A stretch of DNA of 57,670 nucleotides. It comes from Limisphaerales bacterium (GTDB lineage: Bacteria; Verrucomicrobiota; Verrucomicrobiia; Limisphaerales; UBA11358). The first letter of the stretch is position 1; each line of letters starts with the position of its first letter. The position numbers and the translations under genes are program-made. Below, piece after piece: positions 29,976-41,400 of the stretch. Location of the stretch: positions 1 to 57,670 of the forward strand of contig JBKQUF010000154.1 in assembly GCA_052140285.1 (NCBI GenBank), written 5' to 3'. The notes below the pieces were generated by a model that saw nothing but the letters and a program-made list of their open reading frames with translations, was not told the origin of the DNA and searched no databases.

Positions 29976-30905
29976 TTGAACCCTGACATTTTGCGCGTGC
30001 CGACTCGTCTTCAACGCGGGTTGCGTGCCACCTTTTTGGGCATGACCGTGAACGTGATTCTGGCAGGCCTGAAATTGGCCGCCGGAATCATCGGCCGTTC
30101 CCACGCCCTTGTCGCCGACGCGGTGGAATCGTTCGCGGACATTTTCAATTCGATCATCATCTGGCGCGGCCTTGTGGTCGCCGATGCGCCGGCGGATGAA
30201 GAACATCCCTATGGCCACAGCAAAGCCGAGCCGCTCGCCGCGGCTTTCGGCGCCGTCATGCTCCTGGCCGCGGCGTTCTGGATCATCGTCAAAGCCTTGA
30301 TCGAAATCCGCGAACCGCACTTCTCCCCCAAATGGTTTACATTGGTGGTCCTGGTCGTGGTCATCATCACCAAGGAAATCCTGTTCCGAATTGTCCGTCA
30401 CGAGGGCGAAGCCACGGACAATGCCGCCGTGCGCACCGACGCCTGGCATCATCGCAGTGACGCCATCACCTCCGCGGCCGCCTTCATCGGCATCAGCATT
30501 GCCATTGCCGGCGGCCAAAATCTTTCCTGGGCGGACGACGCCGCGGCAATCTTTGCCTCGTTCATCATCGGTCGGAACGGATGGCATTTGTTGTTGCCGG
30601 CCATGAATGAATTGATGGACCGCGCGCCCGCCCCCGAAATCATCGGGCGTATCCGCGAAATTGCGTCATCGGTCGCGGGCGTGGCAAGTGTGGAAAAATG
30701 CTTCGCCCGCAAGGCCGGGCATCTTTTTTTTGTGGAAATGCACGTGGAGGTTGACCCGTTGATGACCGTGTTGCGCTCGCATGAAATCGCGCATCAGGTG
30801 AAGGACAATATCCGCGCGCAAATGCCGAATGTGAGCGATGTCCTGGTCCATATTGAGCCGCGGAGAGCCGCCGCGCACGCGCGCGCGAATCCGCCCGCTC
30901 CATGA
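29976..30905 (+). CDS. Cation diffusion facilitator family transporter (FieF-like)
   Basis: SHALVADAVES, PADEEHPYGH.KAE, DAWHHRSD, VLVHIEP; start uncertain (TTG). Confidence 0.92.
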   Translation: MNPDILRVPTRLQRGLRATFLGMTVNVILAGLKLAAGIIGRSHALVADAVESFADIFNSIIIWRGLVVADAPADEEHPYGHSKAEPLAAAFGAVMLLAAAFWIIVKALIEIREPHFSPKWFTLVVLVVVIITKEILFRIVRHEGEATDNAAVRTDAWHHRSDAITSAAAFIGISIAIAGGQNLSWADDAAAIFASFIIGRNGWHLLLPAMNELMDRAPAPEIIGRIREIASSVAGVASVEKCFARKAGHLFFVEMHVEVDPLMTVLRSHEIAHQVKDNIRAQMPNVSDVLVHIEPRRAAAHARANPPAP

Positions 30906-31028
30906 AGCGGCTGCATTGGCATTGTCAAACCTCCCCTCCGGATGTCTCCGCGGGGCTTTTTCTGAAAACATTTATTGCGTAATGGTGGGTTTTGAGCCAA
31001 AAATAAGTGAACGACGGCGGATTGCCAG

Positions 31029-34000
31029 ATGATTAACAACCTGACGCAACAAGATGAAAACAACCGGCTCGCGAAAAAATCAATTTCCGCGCCGGGGAAG
31101 CAGGGCCTTTATGACCCGCAATTTGAGCATGACTCTTGCGGGGTTGGATTTCTTGTTCATATCAAGGGACAAAAATCCCATGCCATCGTTCAAGACGCGC
31201 TGAAGATTTTGCTCAACCTCGACCACCGCGGCGCTTGCGGTTGCGAGGTGAATACGGGGGATGGCGCGGGCATCCTCATGCAAGTGCCGCATGAATTCCT
31301 TGCCAGGGTCACCGGCCCGCTCGGTTTCCAGCTTCCCGTTCCCGGCCAATATGGTGTCGGCATGTTGTTCATGCCCGTCAACGCCACCGAGCGCGACGGC
31401 GTCAAGGCGGCCTTTGCCAAAATCGTTTCCAATGAGGGCCAGACCCTTCTTGGCTGGCGCGATGTTCCCACGGACAATTCGTCGCTCGGCAATGGCGCGA
31501 AAAATTCCGAGCCGCACATGATGCAGGTGTTTGTCGGGCGCAATCCTGCGTTGAAGGACGATGCGGTTTTCGAGCGCGAGCTTTACATCATCCGCAAAGT
31601 GGCCGAACAGACCATCCGTTACGGCAAAAACATTCCCGGCGGCGGCACCTTTTACGTTTCCAGCCTGTCCGCCAGAACCTGCACGTACAAAGGGATGTTG
31701 ATGCCCGCGCAGGTCGCCAGGTATTATCCCGACCTGGTCGATCCGGCCATGAAATCGGCGCTGGCGCTGGTGCATTCGCGTTTTTCCACCAACACCTTTC
31801 CCAGTTGGGACCGCGCTCATCCCAATCGCTACATCGCGCACAACGGTGAAATCAACACCTTGCGCGGCAACGTGAACTGGATGCGCGCCGCCCAGTCCAA
31901 TTTCAAATCGCCGCTCTTTGGCGACGACATCAAGAAAATCATCCCCGTCATCAACACCGACGGCAGCGATTCCGCCCAGTTCGACAATTGCGTCGAAATG
32001 CTCGTCATGACCGGACGCGAACTGCCCCATGCCATGATGATGATGATTCCCGAACCGTGGGAAAATCATGAGAGCATGGACCCCGAACGCCGCGCGTTCT
32101 ACGAATTTCATTCTTGTCTGATGGAACCATGGGACGGCCCGGCTTCGATGGCCTTCACCGATGGCCGGATCATCGGGGCGTGCCTGGACCGTAACGGCCT
32201 GCGCCCCTCGCGTTATTACGTCACCAAGGACGACTTGGTCATCATGGCGTCCGAGGCTGGCGTCCTGCCCGTGGCGCCTGAGCGCGTTCTGCAAAAAGGC
32301 CGCTTGCAACCCGGAAGAATGTTCCTAGTGGACACCGAACAGGGCCGCATCGTCGCGGACGAAGAACTGAAGAAAAAATACGCGAGCGCACACCCCTACC
32401 AGAAATGGTTGGAACAACACCACGTCCTGCTCGAAAATTTGCCGGCCCCCACGGAAAAGACCGAGCCGGACCATCGCAAAATTTTGCAACGGCAACAGGC
32501 CTTTGGCTACACCTTCGAGGATTTGCGGTTCCTTGTCGGGCCGATGGCCAACGACGGCGTGCAGCCGCTCGGTTCCATGGGCACCGACACGCCGCTGGCG
32601 GTCCTCTCCAACAAACCCCAGTTGTTGTACAACTATTTCAAACAACTGTTCGCCCAGGTCACCAATCCGCCCATTGACCCCATTCGCGAGGAGATCATCA
32701 CCTCGACCGAGACCATGGTCGGCGGCCGCGGCGGCTTGCTCAATCCCGAGCCAAACAGTTGCGCGCTCATCAAACTCAAGCACCCCATCCTCACCAATGA
32801 GGAATTGGAAAAACTGCGGCATGTTGACGGCAAAATTTTTAAAGCCGTCACCCTCCCCATTTTGTTCGAAGTCAAAAATGCGGCCAAAAGCATGGAATCG
32901 GCGTTGGAAACGTTGTTTTCCGAAGCGGACCAGGCCATTGTCGGCGGCGCGAATATTTTGATCCTGTCGGATCGCGGCATCTCGCTCGAAATGGCGCCCA
33001 TCCCAGCGTTGTTGGCCGTCGCCGGATTGCATCATCATCTGATCCGCGCCGGCACGCGCGGACTCGTCGGTCTGGTCTTGGAATCCGGCGAACCGCGCGA
33101 GGTGCATCATTTCGCGCTCCTCATCGGTTATGGTTGCAGCGCCATCAATCCCTATCTCGCCTTCGCCACGGTTGACGATTTGATTTTGCAGGGGTTGCTC
33201 GTCAACACCGACCATAAGACCGCCTTCAAGAAATACATCAAGGCAGTGGTTAAAGGCGTCGTCAAGACCATGGCCAAGATGGGCATCTCCACCGTCCAAA
33301 GCTACCGCGGCGCGCAGATTTTTGAAGCCGTCGGCCTCAATGGCGATGTCGTGGATAAATACTTCACCTGGACGCCTTCGCGCATCCAGGGCGTCGGCCT
33401 CGATGTCATCGCTGCGGAAGCCCTGGCGCGCCATCATCACGCGTTTCTGGGCCGCTCCGAGAACGGGGTGCTCGATGCCGGCGGCCAATACCAATGGCGC
33501 GATGACGGCGAATATCATTTGTTCAACCCTCAGAGCATTCACAAATTGCAGAACGCCTGCCGCACCGGCAGCGAAAAAATTTACCGCGAGTACGCCGAAT
33601 TGATCAACAACCAGGCCAGGAACCTCTGTACCTTGCGCGGTCTGCTCGAGTTTAAACCTGCCGAAAAACCGTTGCCGATTGAAGAAGTCGAATCGGTCGA
33701 AGAGATCGTGAAACGCTTCAAGACCGGCGCCATGAGCTATGGCTCCATCTCCAAGGAAGCGCACGAGGCGTTGGCCATTGCCATGAACCGCCTCGGTGGC
33801 AAGTCAAATACCGGCGAGGGCGGCGAGGACCCGGACCGCTATATTCCGCTGCCCAACGGCGATTCAAAGAATTCCGCCATCAAACAGGTCGCCAGCGGAC
33901 GTTTTGGCGTCACCAGCCATTATCTCGTTAACGCGCGGGAATTGCAGATCAAGATGGCGCAAGGCGCCAAGCCCGGCGAGGGTGGCGAGTTGCCCGGCAA

Positions 34001-35672
34001 AAAGGTTTATCCGCCCATCGCCAAAGTGCGCGGCACCACCGCGGGCGTCGGCCTTATCTCGCCGCCGCCGCACCATGACATTTATTCCATTGAAGACCTG
34101 GCGGAACTGATTTACGACCTGAAGAATTCCAATCGCAACGCGCGCGTGAGCGTCAAGCTTGTCGCCGAAGTGGGTGTGGGCACGATTGCCGCGGGTGTGG
34201 CCAAGGCACACGCGGACGTGGTCTTGATTTCGGGCCATGACGGTGGCACCGGCGCCTCGCCGTTGTCGTCCATCAAACACGCGGGCGGTCCGTGGGAACT
34301 CGGCGTGGCGGAAACCCACCAAACCCTCGTGCTCAACAATTTGCGCAGCCGCATCTACGTGGAGACCGACGGCCAGTTGAAAACCGGACGCGACGTCGCC
34401 GTGGCCGCCTTGCTAGGCGCGGAGGAATTTGGTTTTGCGACCGCGCCGCTGGTCGTGCTGGGCTGCATCATGATGCGCGTTTGCCATATGAACACCTGCC
34501 CCGTGGGCGTGGCCACGCAGGACCCAAGGCTGCGCGCTCGTTTTGGCGGCAACCCCGACCATGTCGTGAACTTCATGCGCTTCGTCGCGCAGGAACTTCG
34601 TGAAATCATGGCCAAACTCGGTTTCCGCACAATGAACGAGATGATCGGCCGCACGGACAAATTGAATCCGTGGAAGGCCATCGATCATTGGAAGGCCCGC
34701 GGCCTCGACCTCACCCCCATCCTGCACCAGCCCGAAGCGGGTCCGGAAGTGGGCCGCTATCGCCAGCAGGACCAGGACCATGGACTGGAAAAAACGCTCG
34801 ACGTCACCAGGCTGCTCGATCTTTGCCGGCCGGCGATCGAACGCGGCGAGAAGGTTCGCGCCGAACTGCCCATCATCAACGTGAATCGCGTCGTCGGCAC
34901 CATCACCGGCAGCGAGATCACCAAAAAACACGGGCCAAACGGGTTGCCCGAGGACACCGTACACCTCAAATTTAACGGCAGTGCCGGCCAGAGCTTCGGC
35001 GCGTTTGTGCCCAAAGGCATGACGCTCGAACTCGAAGGCGATGCCAATGATTATTTCGGCAAGGGCCTCAGTGGCGGCAAACTCATCGTCTATCCGCCCA
35101 AAGGTTCGACCTTCGTTCCCGGCGAAAACATCATCATCGGCAACGTGGCCCTTTATGGCGCAACCAATGGCGAAATTTATGTTCGCGGCATGGCCGGCGA
35201 ACGTTTCGGCGTCCGCAATTCCGGCGTGAATGCTGTCGTTGAGGCCATCGGCGACCACGGTTGCGAATACATGACCGGTGGACGGGTCATCGTTCTTGGC
35301 AAGACCGGACGCAATTTTGCCGCCGGCATGAGCGGAGGCATCGCTTATGTCCTGGATGAAGACGGTGATTTCTCCACCCGCTGCAACAAGGAATTGGTCG
35401 GGCTGGGAAAATTAACTGACCCTGATGAAATTGAAGAGATTTGGAAATTGATCCATCGCCACCAGACTTATACCGGCAGCCATCGCGCCGGGAAAATCCT
35501 GGCCGAATGGAAATCGTACGTGCCGAAGTTTGTCAAAGTGTTGCCCAAAGACTACGCTCGTGTATTGGAGTCGTTGAAAAAGGTCGAGTCTCAGGGCTTG
35601 AGCGGTGACGATGCCATCATGGCCGCATTTGAAGAAAATATCCGCGACGTTGCCCGCGTCGGCGGCGGATGA
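31029..35672 (+). CDS. gltB: Glutamate synthase large subunit
   Basis: [43 protein letters not shown], Fe-S Cys cluster, GXGXG domain. Confidence 0.99.
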   Translation: MINNLTQQDENNRLAKKSISAPGKQGLYDPQFEHDSCGVGFLVHIKGQKSHAIVQDALKILLNLDHRGACGCEVNTGDGAGILMQVPHEFLARVTGPLGFQLPVPGQYGVGMLFMPVNATERDGVKAAFAKIVSNEGQTLLGWRDVPTDNSSLGNGAKNSEPHMMQVFVGRNPALKDDAVFERELYIIRKVAEQTIRYGKNIPGGGTFYVSSLSARTCTYKGMLMPAQVARYYPDLVDPAMKSALALVHSRFSTNTFPSWDRAHPNRYIAHNGEINTLRGNVNWMRAAQSNFKSPLFGDDIKKIIPVINTDGSDSAQFDNCVEMLVMTGRELPHAMMMMIPEPWENHESMDPERRAFYEFHSCLMEPWDGPASMAFTDGRIIGACLDRNGLRPSRYYVTKDDLVIMASEAGVLPVAPERVLQKGRLQPGRMFLVDTEQGRIVADEELKKKYASAHPYQKWLEQHHVLLENLPAPTEKTEPDHRKILQRQQAFGYTFEDLRFLVGPMANDGVQPLGSMGTDTPLAVLSNKPQLLYNYFKQLFAQVTNPPIDPIREEIITSTETMVGGRGGLLNPEPNSCALIKLKHPILTNEELEKLRHVDGKIFKAVTLPILFEVKNAAKSMESALETLFSEADQAIVGGANILILSDRGISLEMAPIPALLAVAGLHHHLIRAGTRGLVGLVLESGEPREVHHFALLIGYGCSAINPYLAFATVDDLILQGLLVNTDHKTAFKKYIKAVVKGVVKTMAKMGISTVQSYRGAQIFEAVGLNGDVVDKYFTWTPSRIQGVGLDVIAAEALARHHHAFLGRSENGVLDAGGQYQWRDDGEYHLFNPQSIHKLQNACRTGSEKIYREYAELINNQARNLCTLRGLLEFKPAEKPLPIEEVESVEEIVKRFKTGAMSYGSISKEAHEALAIAMNRLGGKSNTGEGGEDPDRYIPLPNGDSKNSAIKQVASGRFGVTSHYLVNARELQIKMAQGAKPGEGGELPGKKVYPPIAKVRGTTAGVGLISPPPHHDIYSIEDLAELIYDLKNSNRNARVSVKLVAEVGVGTIAAGVAKAHADVVLISGHDGGTGASPLSSIKHAGGPWELGVAETHQTLVLNNLRSRIYVETDGQLKTGRDVAVAALLGAEEFGFATAPLVVLGCIMMRVCHMNTCPVGVATQDPRLRARFGGNPDHVVNFMRFVAQELREIMAKLGFRTMNEMIGRTDKLNPWKAIDHWKARGLDLTPILHQPEAGPEVGRYRQQDQDHGLEKTLDVTRLLDLCRPAIERGEKVRAELPIINVNRVVGTITGSEITKKHGPNGLPEDTVHLKFNGSAGQSFGAFVPKGMTLELEGDANDYFGKGLSGGKLIVYPPKGSTFVPGENIIIGNVALYGATNGEIYVRGMAGERFGVRNSGVNAVVEAIGDHGCEYMTGGRVIVLGKTGRNFAAGMSGGIAYVLDEDGDFSTRCNKELVGLGKLTDPDEIEEIWKLIHRHQTYTGSHRAGKILAEWKSYVPKFVKVLPKDYARVLESLKKVESQGLSGDDAIMAAFEENIRDVARVGGG

Positions 35673-36160
35673 GTGCAATTATGGGACTTTTTTACACAGA
35701 CTGCAAAATTGTGAACCCGGCTGAAAATTTCAAGGCGGTAATGGTGCCGCGTCTCATAGTTGACACCGGTGCAGAAGCTACTTGGATTGACGGCACTGTA
35801 TTATCGAAAATCGGCGTCGAGCCGCGCAAAAGGGATTTGCAGTTTCAAATGGCAAATGGGCAGATCATTACCCGCTCAGTCGGTTACGCGGTGCTGAAAG
35901 TGGATCAGGCCGAAACCGTTGACGAAGTTGTCTTCGCGCAAAAAGGAGATTTGCAATTGCTCGGCGCGCGCGCTTTGGAAGGATTGAATTTGAAAGTGGA
36001 TTCGCGCGGTAAAAAATTAGTTGCCGCCGGGCCAATTATTGTTGCCACCGCCGTGCCGCCGCGATTCGGAAAATTAATTCGCGTTCCAGGCCGCGCGCCG
36101 CGGCAAAAAAAAGCAAAAATCCATTTAGGCCGCCGAATCAGTTTGAAATCGAAAAACTGA
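35669..36160 (+). CDS. Single-domain clan AA (retropepsin-like) aspartic protease
   Basis: LIVDTGA, MANGQ flap, [10 protein letters not shown]; ATGA overlap with gltB. Confidence 0.85.
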   Translation: MSAIMGLFYTDCKIVNPAENFKAVMVPRLIVDTGAEATWIDGTVLSKIGVEPRKRDLQFQMANGQIITRSVGYAVLKVDQAETVDEVVFAQKGDLQLLGARALEGLNLKVDSRGKKLVAAGPIIVATAVPPRFGKLIRVPGRAPRQKKAKIHLGRRISLKSKN

Positions 36161-36161
36161 A

Positions 36162-37646
36162 ATGGGTAAACCAACCGGATTTTTAGATTTTAGCCGCGAA
36201 CTGCCGCAAGACCGTTCGCCGCTCGGTCGCGTCAGCGACTGGAAGGAATTTCACCAGCACATGCCCGAGGCCGAACTGAAGCAACAGGGCGCGCGCTGCA
36301 TGGATTGCGGCGTTCCCTTCTGCCACACCGGCCAGCTTGTCAGCGGCATGGCCAGCGGTTGCCCCATCCATAATCTCATTCCGGAATGGAACGACTTGGT
36401 CTATCGCGGCCTCTGGAAGGAAGCTCTCGATCGTCTACATAAGACCAACAATTTTCCCGAATTCACCGGCCGCGTCTGCCCCGCCCCGTGCGAAGGCTCG
36501 TGCGTACTGGGCATCAATAATCCGCCCGTCACCATCAAAAACATTGAGTGTACCATTGCCGACCACGGCTGGGAGAACGACTGGATCAAGCCCGAACCGC
36601 CCAAAAAGCGTACTGGCAAAAAAATCGCCGTCGTCGGTTCCGGCCCCGCGGGCTTGAGCGCCGCCGCGCAATTGAACAAGGCCGGACACCTCGTCACCAT
36701 CTTCGAGCGCGCCGACCGCCCCGGCGGTCTGCTCATGTACGGCATCCCCAACCCAAAACTCGACAAAAACGAAGTCGTAATGCGCCGCATCAAACAACTC
36801 GAGGAGGAAGGCGTCATCTTCGCTTGCAATACCAACGTAGGCGGGAATTATCCTGCGGATAAATTGGTGAAAGAATTTGACGCCGTCATCCTGGCGACCG
36901 GCGCCACCAAACCGCGCGATCTGTCGATTCCCGGGCGCGAATTCAAAGGCGTCCATTTCGCGATGGAATTTCTCACCGCCAATACCAAGGCGATTTTGGA
37001 CGGCCATAAGAATGGCAGTTTCATTGATGCCACTGGCAAGGACGTCATTGTCATCGGCGGTGGCGACACCGGCACGGATTGCGTGGCCACCTCCATGCGG
37101 CACGGGTGTAAATCGCTCGTGCAGGTGGAGATTTTGCCCAAACCGCCGGTGGAGCGCGCCAGGGATAATCCCTGGCCGGAATGGCCGAAGGTTTACAAGA
37201 TGGACTATGGGCAGGAGGAAGCCGCCGCCAAATTCGGCGCCGACCCGCGCATTTATCTGACTACCGCCACCAAATTCGAGTCCGACACCCACGGCCACGT
37301 CAAAGCTGTTCATACCGTCCAGGTGCAATGGGAGCGGAACGACAAGGGCCAGTTCATTTCCAAGCATGTTCCCGGCACGGAAAAAGTCTTGCCCGCGCAA
37401 CTCGTCTTGCTCGCGATGGGCTTCCTGGGACCGGAACAGCCACTGCTCGATGCGCTCGGCGTGGAGCGTGACGCGCGCAGCAACGCCAAGGCCGACTTCG
37501 AAAAATACACTACCAACCATCCCAAGGTATTTGCCTGCGGCGATTGCCGGCGCGGCCAGAGCCTGGTCGTGTGGGCGTTCAATGAAGGCCGCGGCGCCGC
37601 CCGCGAATGCGACCGTTTCCTCATGGGCACGACGGATTTGCCGTAA
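36162..37646 (+). CDS. gltD: Glutamate synthase small subunit
   Basis: [45 protein letters not shown]. Confidence 0.98.
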   Translation: MGKPTGFLDFSRELPQDRSPLGRVSDWKEFHQHMPEAELKQQGARCMDCGVPFCHTGQLVSGMASGCPIHNLIPEWNDLVYRGLWKEALDRLHKTNNFPEFTGRVCPAPCEGSCVLGINNPPVTIKNIECTIADHGWENDWIKPEPPKKRTGKKIAVVGSGPAGLSAAAQLNKAGHLVTIFERADRPGGLLMYGIPNPKLDKNEVVMRRIKQLEEEGVIFACNTNVGGNYPADKLVKEFDAVILATGATKPRDLSIPGREFKGVHFAMEFLTANTKAILDGHKNGSFIDATGKDVIVIGGGDTGTDCVATSMRHGCKSLVQVEILPKPPVERARDNPWPEWPKVYKMDYGQEEAAAKFGADPRIYLTTATKFESDTHGHVKAVHTVQVQWERNDKGQFISKHVPGTEKVLPAQLVLLAMGFLGPEQPLLDALGVERDARSNAKADFEKYTTNHPKVFACGDCRRGQSLVVWAFNEGRGAARECDRFLMGTTDLP

Positions 37647-37661
37647 GGCCAGACCCATCAG

Positions 37662-37714
37662 TCGTTGCAATTTGCGACTTGTTCAAAACCCGGGGTGGTC
37701 ACAAATTGTGACCT
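37662..37714. promoter_or_regulatory. Two related palindromes upstream of the ORF6N gene
   Basis: GTTGCAATTTGCGAC (37664-37678) and GGTCACAAATTGTGACC (37697-37713). Confidence 0.6.
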
Positions 37715-37731
37715 TGAATCAGATTCGAACC

Positions 37732-38314
37732 GTGAAACCGAAGAAACCGACTGAGTCTCTCATTCTGACCATTCGCGGCCAGAAGGCAATTTTGGATGCC
37801 GACTTGGCGGAGCTTTACGGCGTGCCGACAAAGGTTTTTAATCAAGCGGTGAAACGCAATGCCGACCGATTTCCGCGAGATTTTCTGTTTCAGTTAACAG
37901 TGCGGGAGTGGAGTAAATTGAAGTCGCAAATTGCGCCTTCAAGTTTGGAAGTCGCTCAAATAGAGGGCGTTCCGCAGAGCTGGTCACAATTTGTGACCAG
38001 TTCCAAACGGCATCGCGGCGCAGCCTACCGCCCCCTTCGCCTTCACCGAGCACGGCGCCTTGATGGCCGCCAACATCCTCCGCAGCAAACAGGCGATGGA
38101 AATGAGTGTGTTTGTCATCCGCGCCGTTGTGCGCGCCCGCGAGCAACTGACGGCGAATGCGACCATCCTCAAACGGTTGGCGGAGATTGACAAGACGCTG
38201 CTGGAACACGACGTGGTGTTGCAGGATGTTTATCGGAAGTTGTTGCCGTTGCTGCAACCGATGCCGGAATCGACTCGCCGGCAAATCGGTTTCAACCGGG
38301 AAAACGAACCATGA
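37732..38314 (+). pseudogene. ORF6N-domain DNA-binding protein with a +1 frameshift at a C5 run (38031-38035); real lesion or sequencing error
   Basis: Frame 1 IRGQKAILDADLAELYGVPTKVFNQAVKRNADRFPRDFLFQL...YRP; removing one C continues FAFTEHGALMAANILRS...RRQIGF. Confidence 0.85.
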
Positions 38315-38467
38315 TTGCGCTGAAAGATTATCATACTTCCGCCGCTATCGTTCATCCTTGTCTCTTTACGGTGAAAACCAAACTTGATTAATCCGTATTT
38401 CGCAGTTTTCTTTGAACAAAATTCACTGGTGACAGTCGGCTATTTCGGTAGCATGAATGTCCTTTCG

Positions 38468-41400
38468 ATGAAAAAGCTGGTGTTAAAATTCATTTTATCC
38501 GCGATGGTGCTGGCCGCCGGGCCGGCCCTCGCCGGTGACACAAACTTTGTTGGCGCGGAATGGAGTCCCGTTGATCTCCAACCGGTCCTCGCCGCGGCGG
38601 CGCAAATCACGCCCGCGCAATATCCCAATTGCGATTCGGCGATCGTCGAGGAAAAAAGCGTGCGCGATTATGCCCCGGACGGCACCGGCGAGTGCCAGGA
38701 CGAAACTTTCACCAAAGTCCTCACCGAAAAAGGCAAGCGCGACAATCGCGAATTTTCCATGTCCTTGATGCTGCCTTATTTTACCGTTTCGGTGCCAAAA
38801 CTGGAAATCATCAAGCCGGATGGCACCATCGTGCCGGTGGACGTCGCCGCCAATTCCAAGGAGACCATCGACGAAAGCCAGATGTCCGAGAATATTTACG
38901 ACCCGAACATGCGCATCTTCACGGTGAACGTGCCGCAGTTGGACGTCGGCGACATCGTCCACGTCGTCGCGCGTCAGTTGACTCAACGTTCCATCATGCC
39001 GGCGGAATTTGACGATGAAAATATTCTCGAAGGTTCCAGCTCCATCCGGCACTGGTCGTACGAAGTTTTTGCGCCCACGAACCTGCCCCTGGTCAGCCTC
39101 GGTTTGCGCGACCAGGTCCCCGGCACCGTTACCTCCACCATTCAGACCAATGGCGCCACCGTGGATTATCATTGGGAGATCAATAATGTCCCCCGCATGT
39201 TCGACGAGCCGAACATGCCGCCCTACGATGAAGTATTGCAACGGCTTTTCGTGAGCACCGTGCCCACCTGGCAGGACGTCTCCAAATGGTATTGGAACCT
39301 GAGCAAGCCGCACCTCGACGCCTACACGCCGGAGATGGAACAGGAGGTTGGAAAATTGATCGCGGGGAGCACCAACGATTTGGATAAAATCAAAGCGCTC
39401 TTTTACTACGTCTCGCGAAACATCGAGTACATGGGGGTCACAACGGAAACCAACCGTCCCGGCTTCGAGCCGCACGACGTCTGCATCACGTTCGAGAATA
39501 AATACGGCGTCTGCCGCGACAAGGCGGGGTTGCTCGTGGAGATGTTGCGGTTAGGGGGCTTCCAGGCCTATCCGGTGCTCATCAATATCGGCGCCAAGCG
39601 TGACCAGCAGGTGCCTCAACCGGACTTCAATCACGTCATCGTTGGTGTCGAGCTGACTCCGGGCCATTATACTTTGATGGACCCCACGGATGAGCACACC
39701 CGCGAGTTGTTGCCCGCGCCGGATTGCAACCGCAGTTACCTCGTTTGCAAGCCGGAAGGTGAAACCCTTCTCATCAGTCCCGTGCCTCCTGCTGATAGAC
39801 ACATGTTATTGGTGAAAACCACGGGCACCCTGGACGCCGACGGCACCCTCTCCGCCACCGCTGAATTTTCTTTTGACGGGGTTAACGATGACGCCTATCG
39901 CAATGCTTTTTCCCAAATGCGCCCGGATGAGATTAAACAATTTTTCGAAGGGCGACTCAAGGAAGCCATTCCTGATTTCAAATTGGTTTCCCTCAAGCTC
40001 ACTCCCGAAAATATGATGGACATCACCGTTCCGTTGCGGGCGGAGTTGACCTACACCGCCAGCGGCCTTACCGCCAACGGCGGGGACAAATCCATCGTCA
40101 GCCTGCCATGGATTGCCAAAGATCTGGGAGTGGCTAACCGCGTGCTGATTGATGTCGTGGGCCTGCAAAAACGGAAATATCCGCTCGAGACCGAAGTGAC
40201 CTGCGGCATCCGCGAAGAAATGTCACTGAAATTGACCGGCCGGTTCTCGACGCCGTTGGACGTCCCCGAATTTGCCAGCGTGAACGATGACAGTATTGCC
40301 TACGGTGAAAACATTTCCGTGACGAACGGCACGTTGAGCGGTTCGCGTGAGTTTGTCTTGAAGACCGTCGAGTTTTATCCCGATGAATACCTGCGCCTCA
40401 AGCAGGCGCTCAAAGATATGGACCATGACATGCGCAAAAATCTCATCATGTCGCTCAGTTCCAGTGTTCCGGAAAAGCTGGTGGCCGCGAATGCATCGCC
40501 GGAATCGTTGGGGGATTCGGACGCCGAAATCCTTTACAGCCACGAATCGCTTGAGATTAAAGACGCGCACACCGCCGTCTATCACGTCAAATATTCCAAA
40601 CGCATCCTGACCTACAACGGCAAGATCACCGAATCCGAGGTGAAGATCAGTTACAACCCGGCCTGCTCGGACGCAAAGATTATTCACGCCACAGTGATCT
40701 CCTCGGATGGAACCCGTCACGAAATTTCCGCGGCTGAAATCAACGCCATGGACGACGCCTGGAACCCCGGCGCCAAACGTTACACCGGTGGTAAAGTACT
40801 GGTTGCCAGCCTGCCCGGCATGGACGTCGGTTCGGTGATCGAAGTCGAATACGAAATCACCATGCACGACCTGCCGTACTTGGCGGATTTTGAGTCATTC
40901 CAATTTCCCGAGACTCTGGACCAGAAATCGTTCACCGTGACTGCGCCGGCGGGACTTAAATTCAGTAGTTTTGTGTCCGGCGCGCCTGGAACGGTCAACC
41001 AAAGCAACAAGACCTCAAATGGCATGATTTCTTACGAATGGCAGGCGACGAACATTGAGGCGTTGCCCTCGGAACAACAATTGCCTCCCACGTGGACGTA
41101 TGATTCAGGCGTGGAATATTTCGCCGGAAATATTTCAGATTATTGGAAGGCGCTGAACGATGCCATGCTGGGGCACGCCCAAAATGGCACCCATGCCGCC
41201 GCGCTCGCCCGCCAGTTGACCGCTTCCGCCAAAACCAAATTGGATGCTGTCAAAGCCATCCGCGATTTCATCGCCCAAAACATCCGGAATGGCGGCCCCT
41301 CCTTTACCGAATTGCCGTTGAGCGAATTGTCCGATGCCGATACGACACTCGCCGATGGTTACGGCCACGCCGCCGATCGCGCCATTCTCTTTTATGCCAT

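Noticed and set aside
31080-37670. Long antisense ORFs over gltB/gltD (similarly over purH, wzc, miaB, DUF1015, GH79)
   Set aside because: Typical shadow ORFs of high-GC codon bias, with no recognisable motifs.
37366-37731. 5' part of the 274-aa ORF overlapping gltD
   Set aside because: Alternative-frame overlap with gltD; the ORF6N homology starts near GTG 37732.
37647-38400. Prophage remnant suggested by ORF6N
   Set aside because: No integrase, structural or other phage genes nearby.
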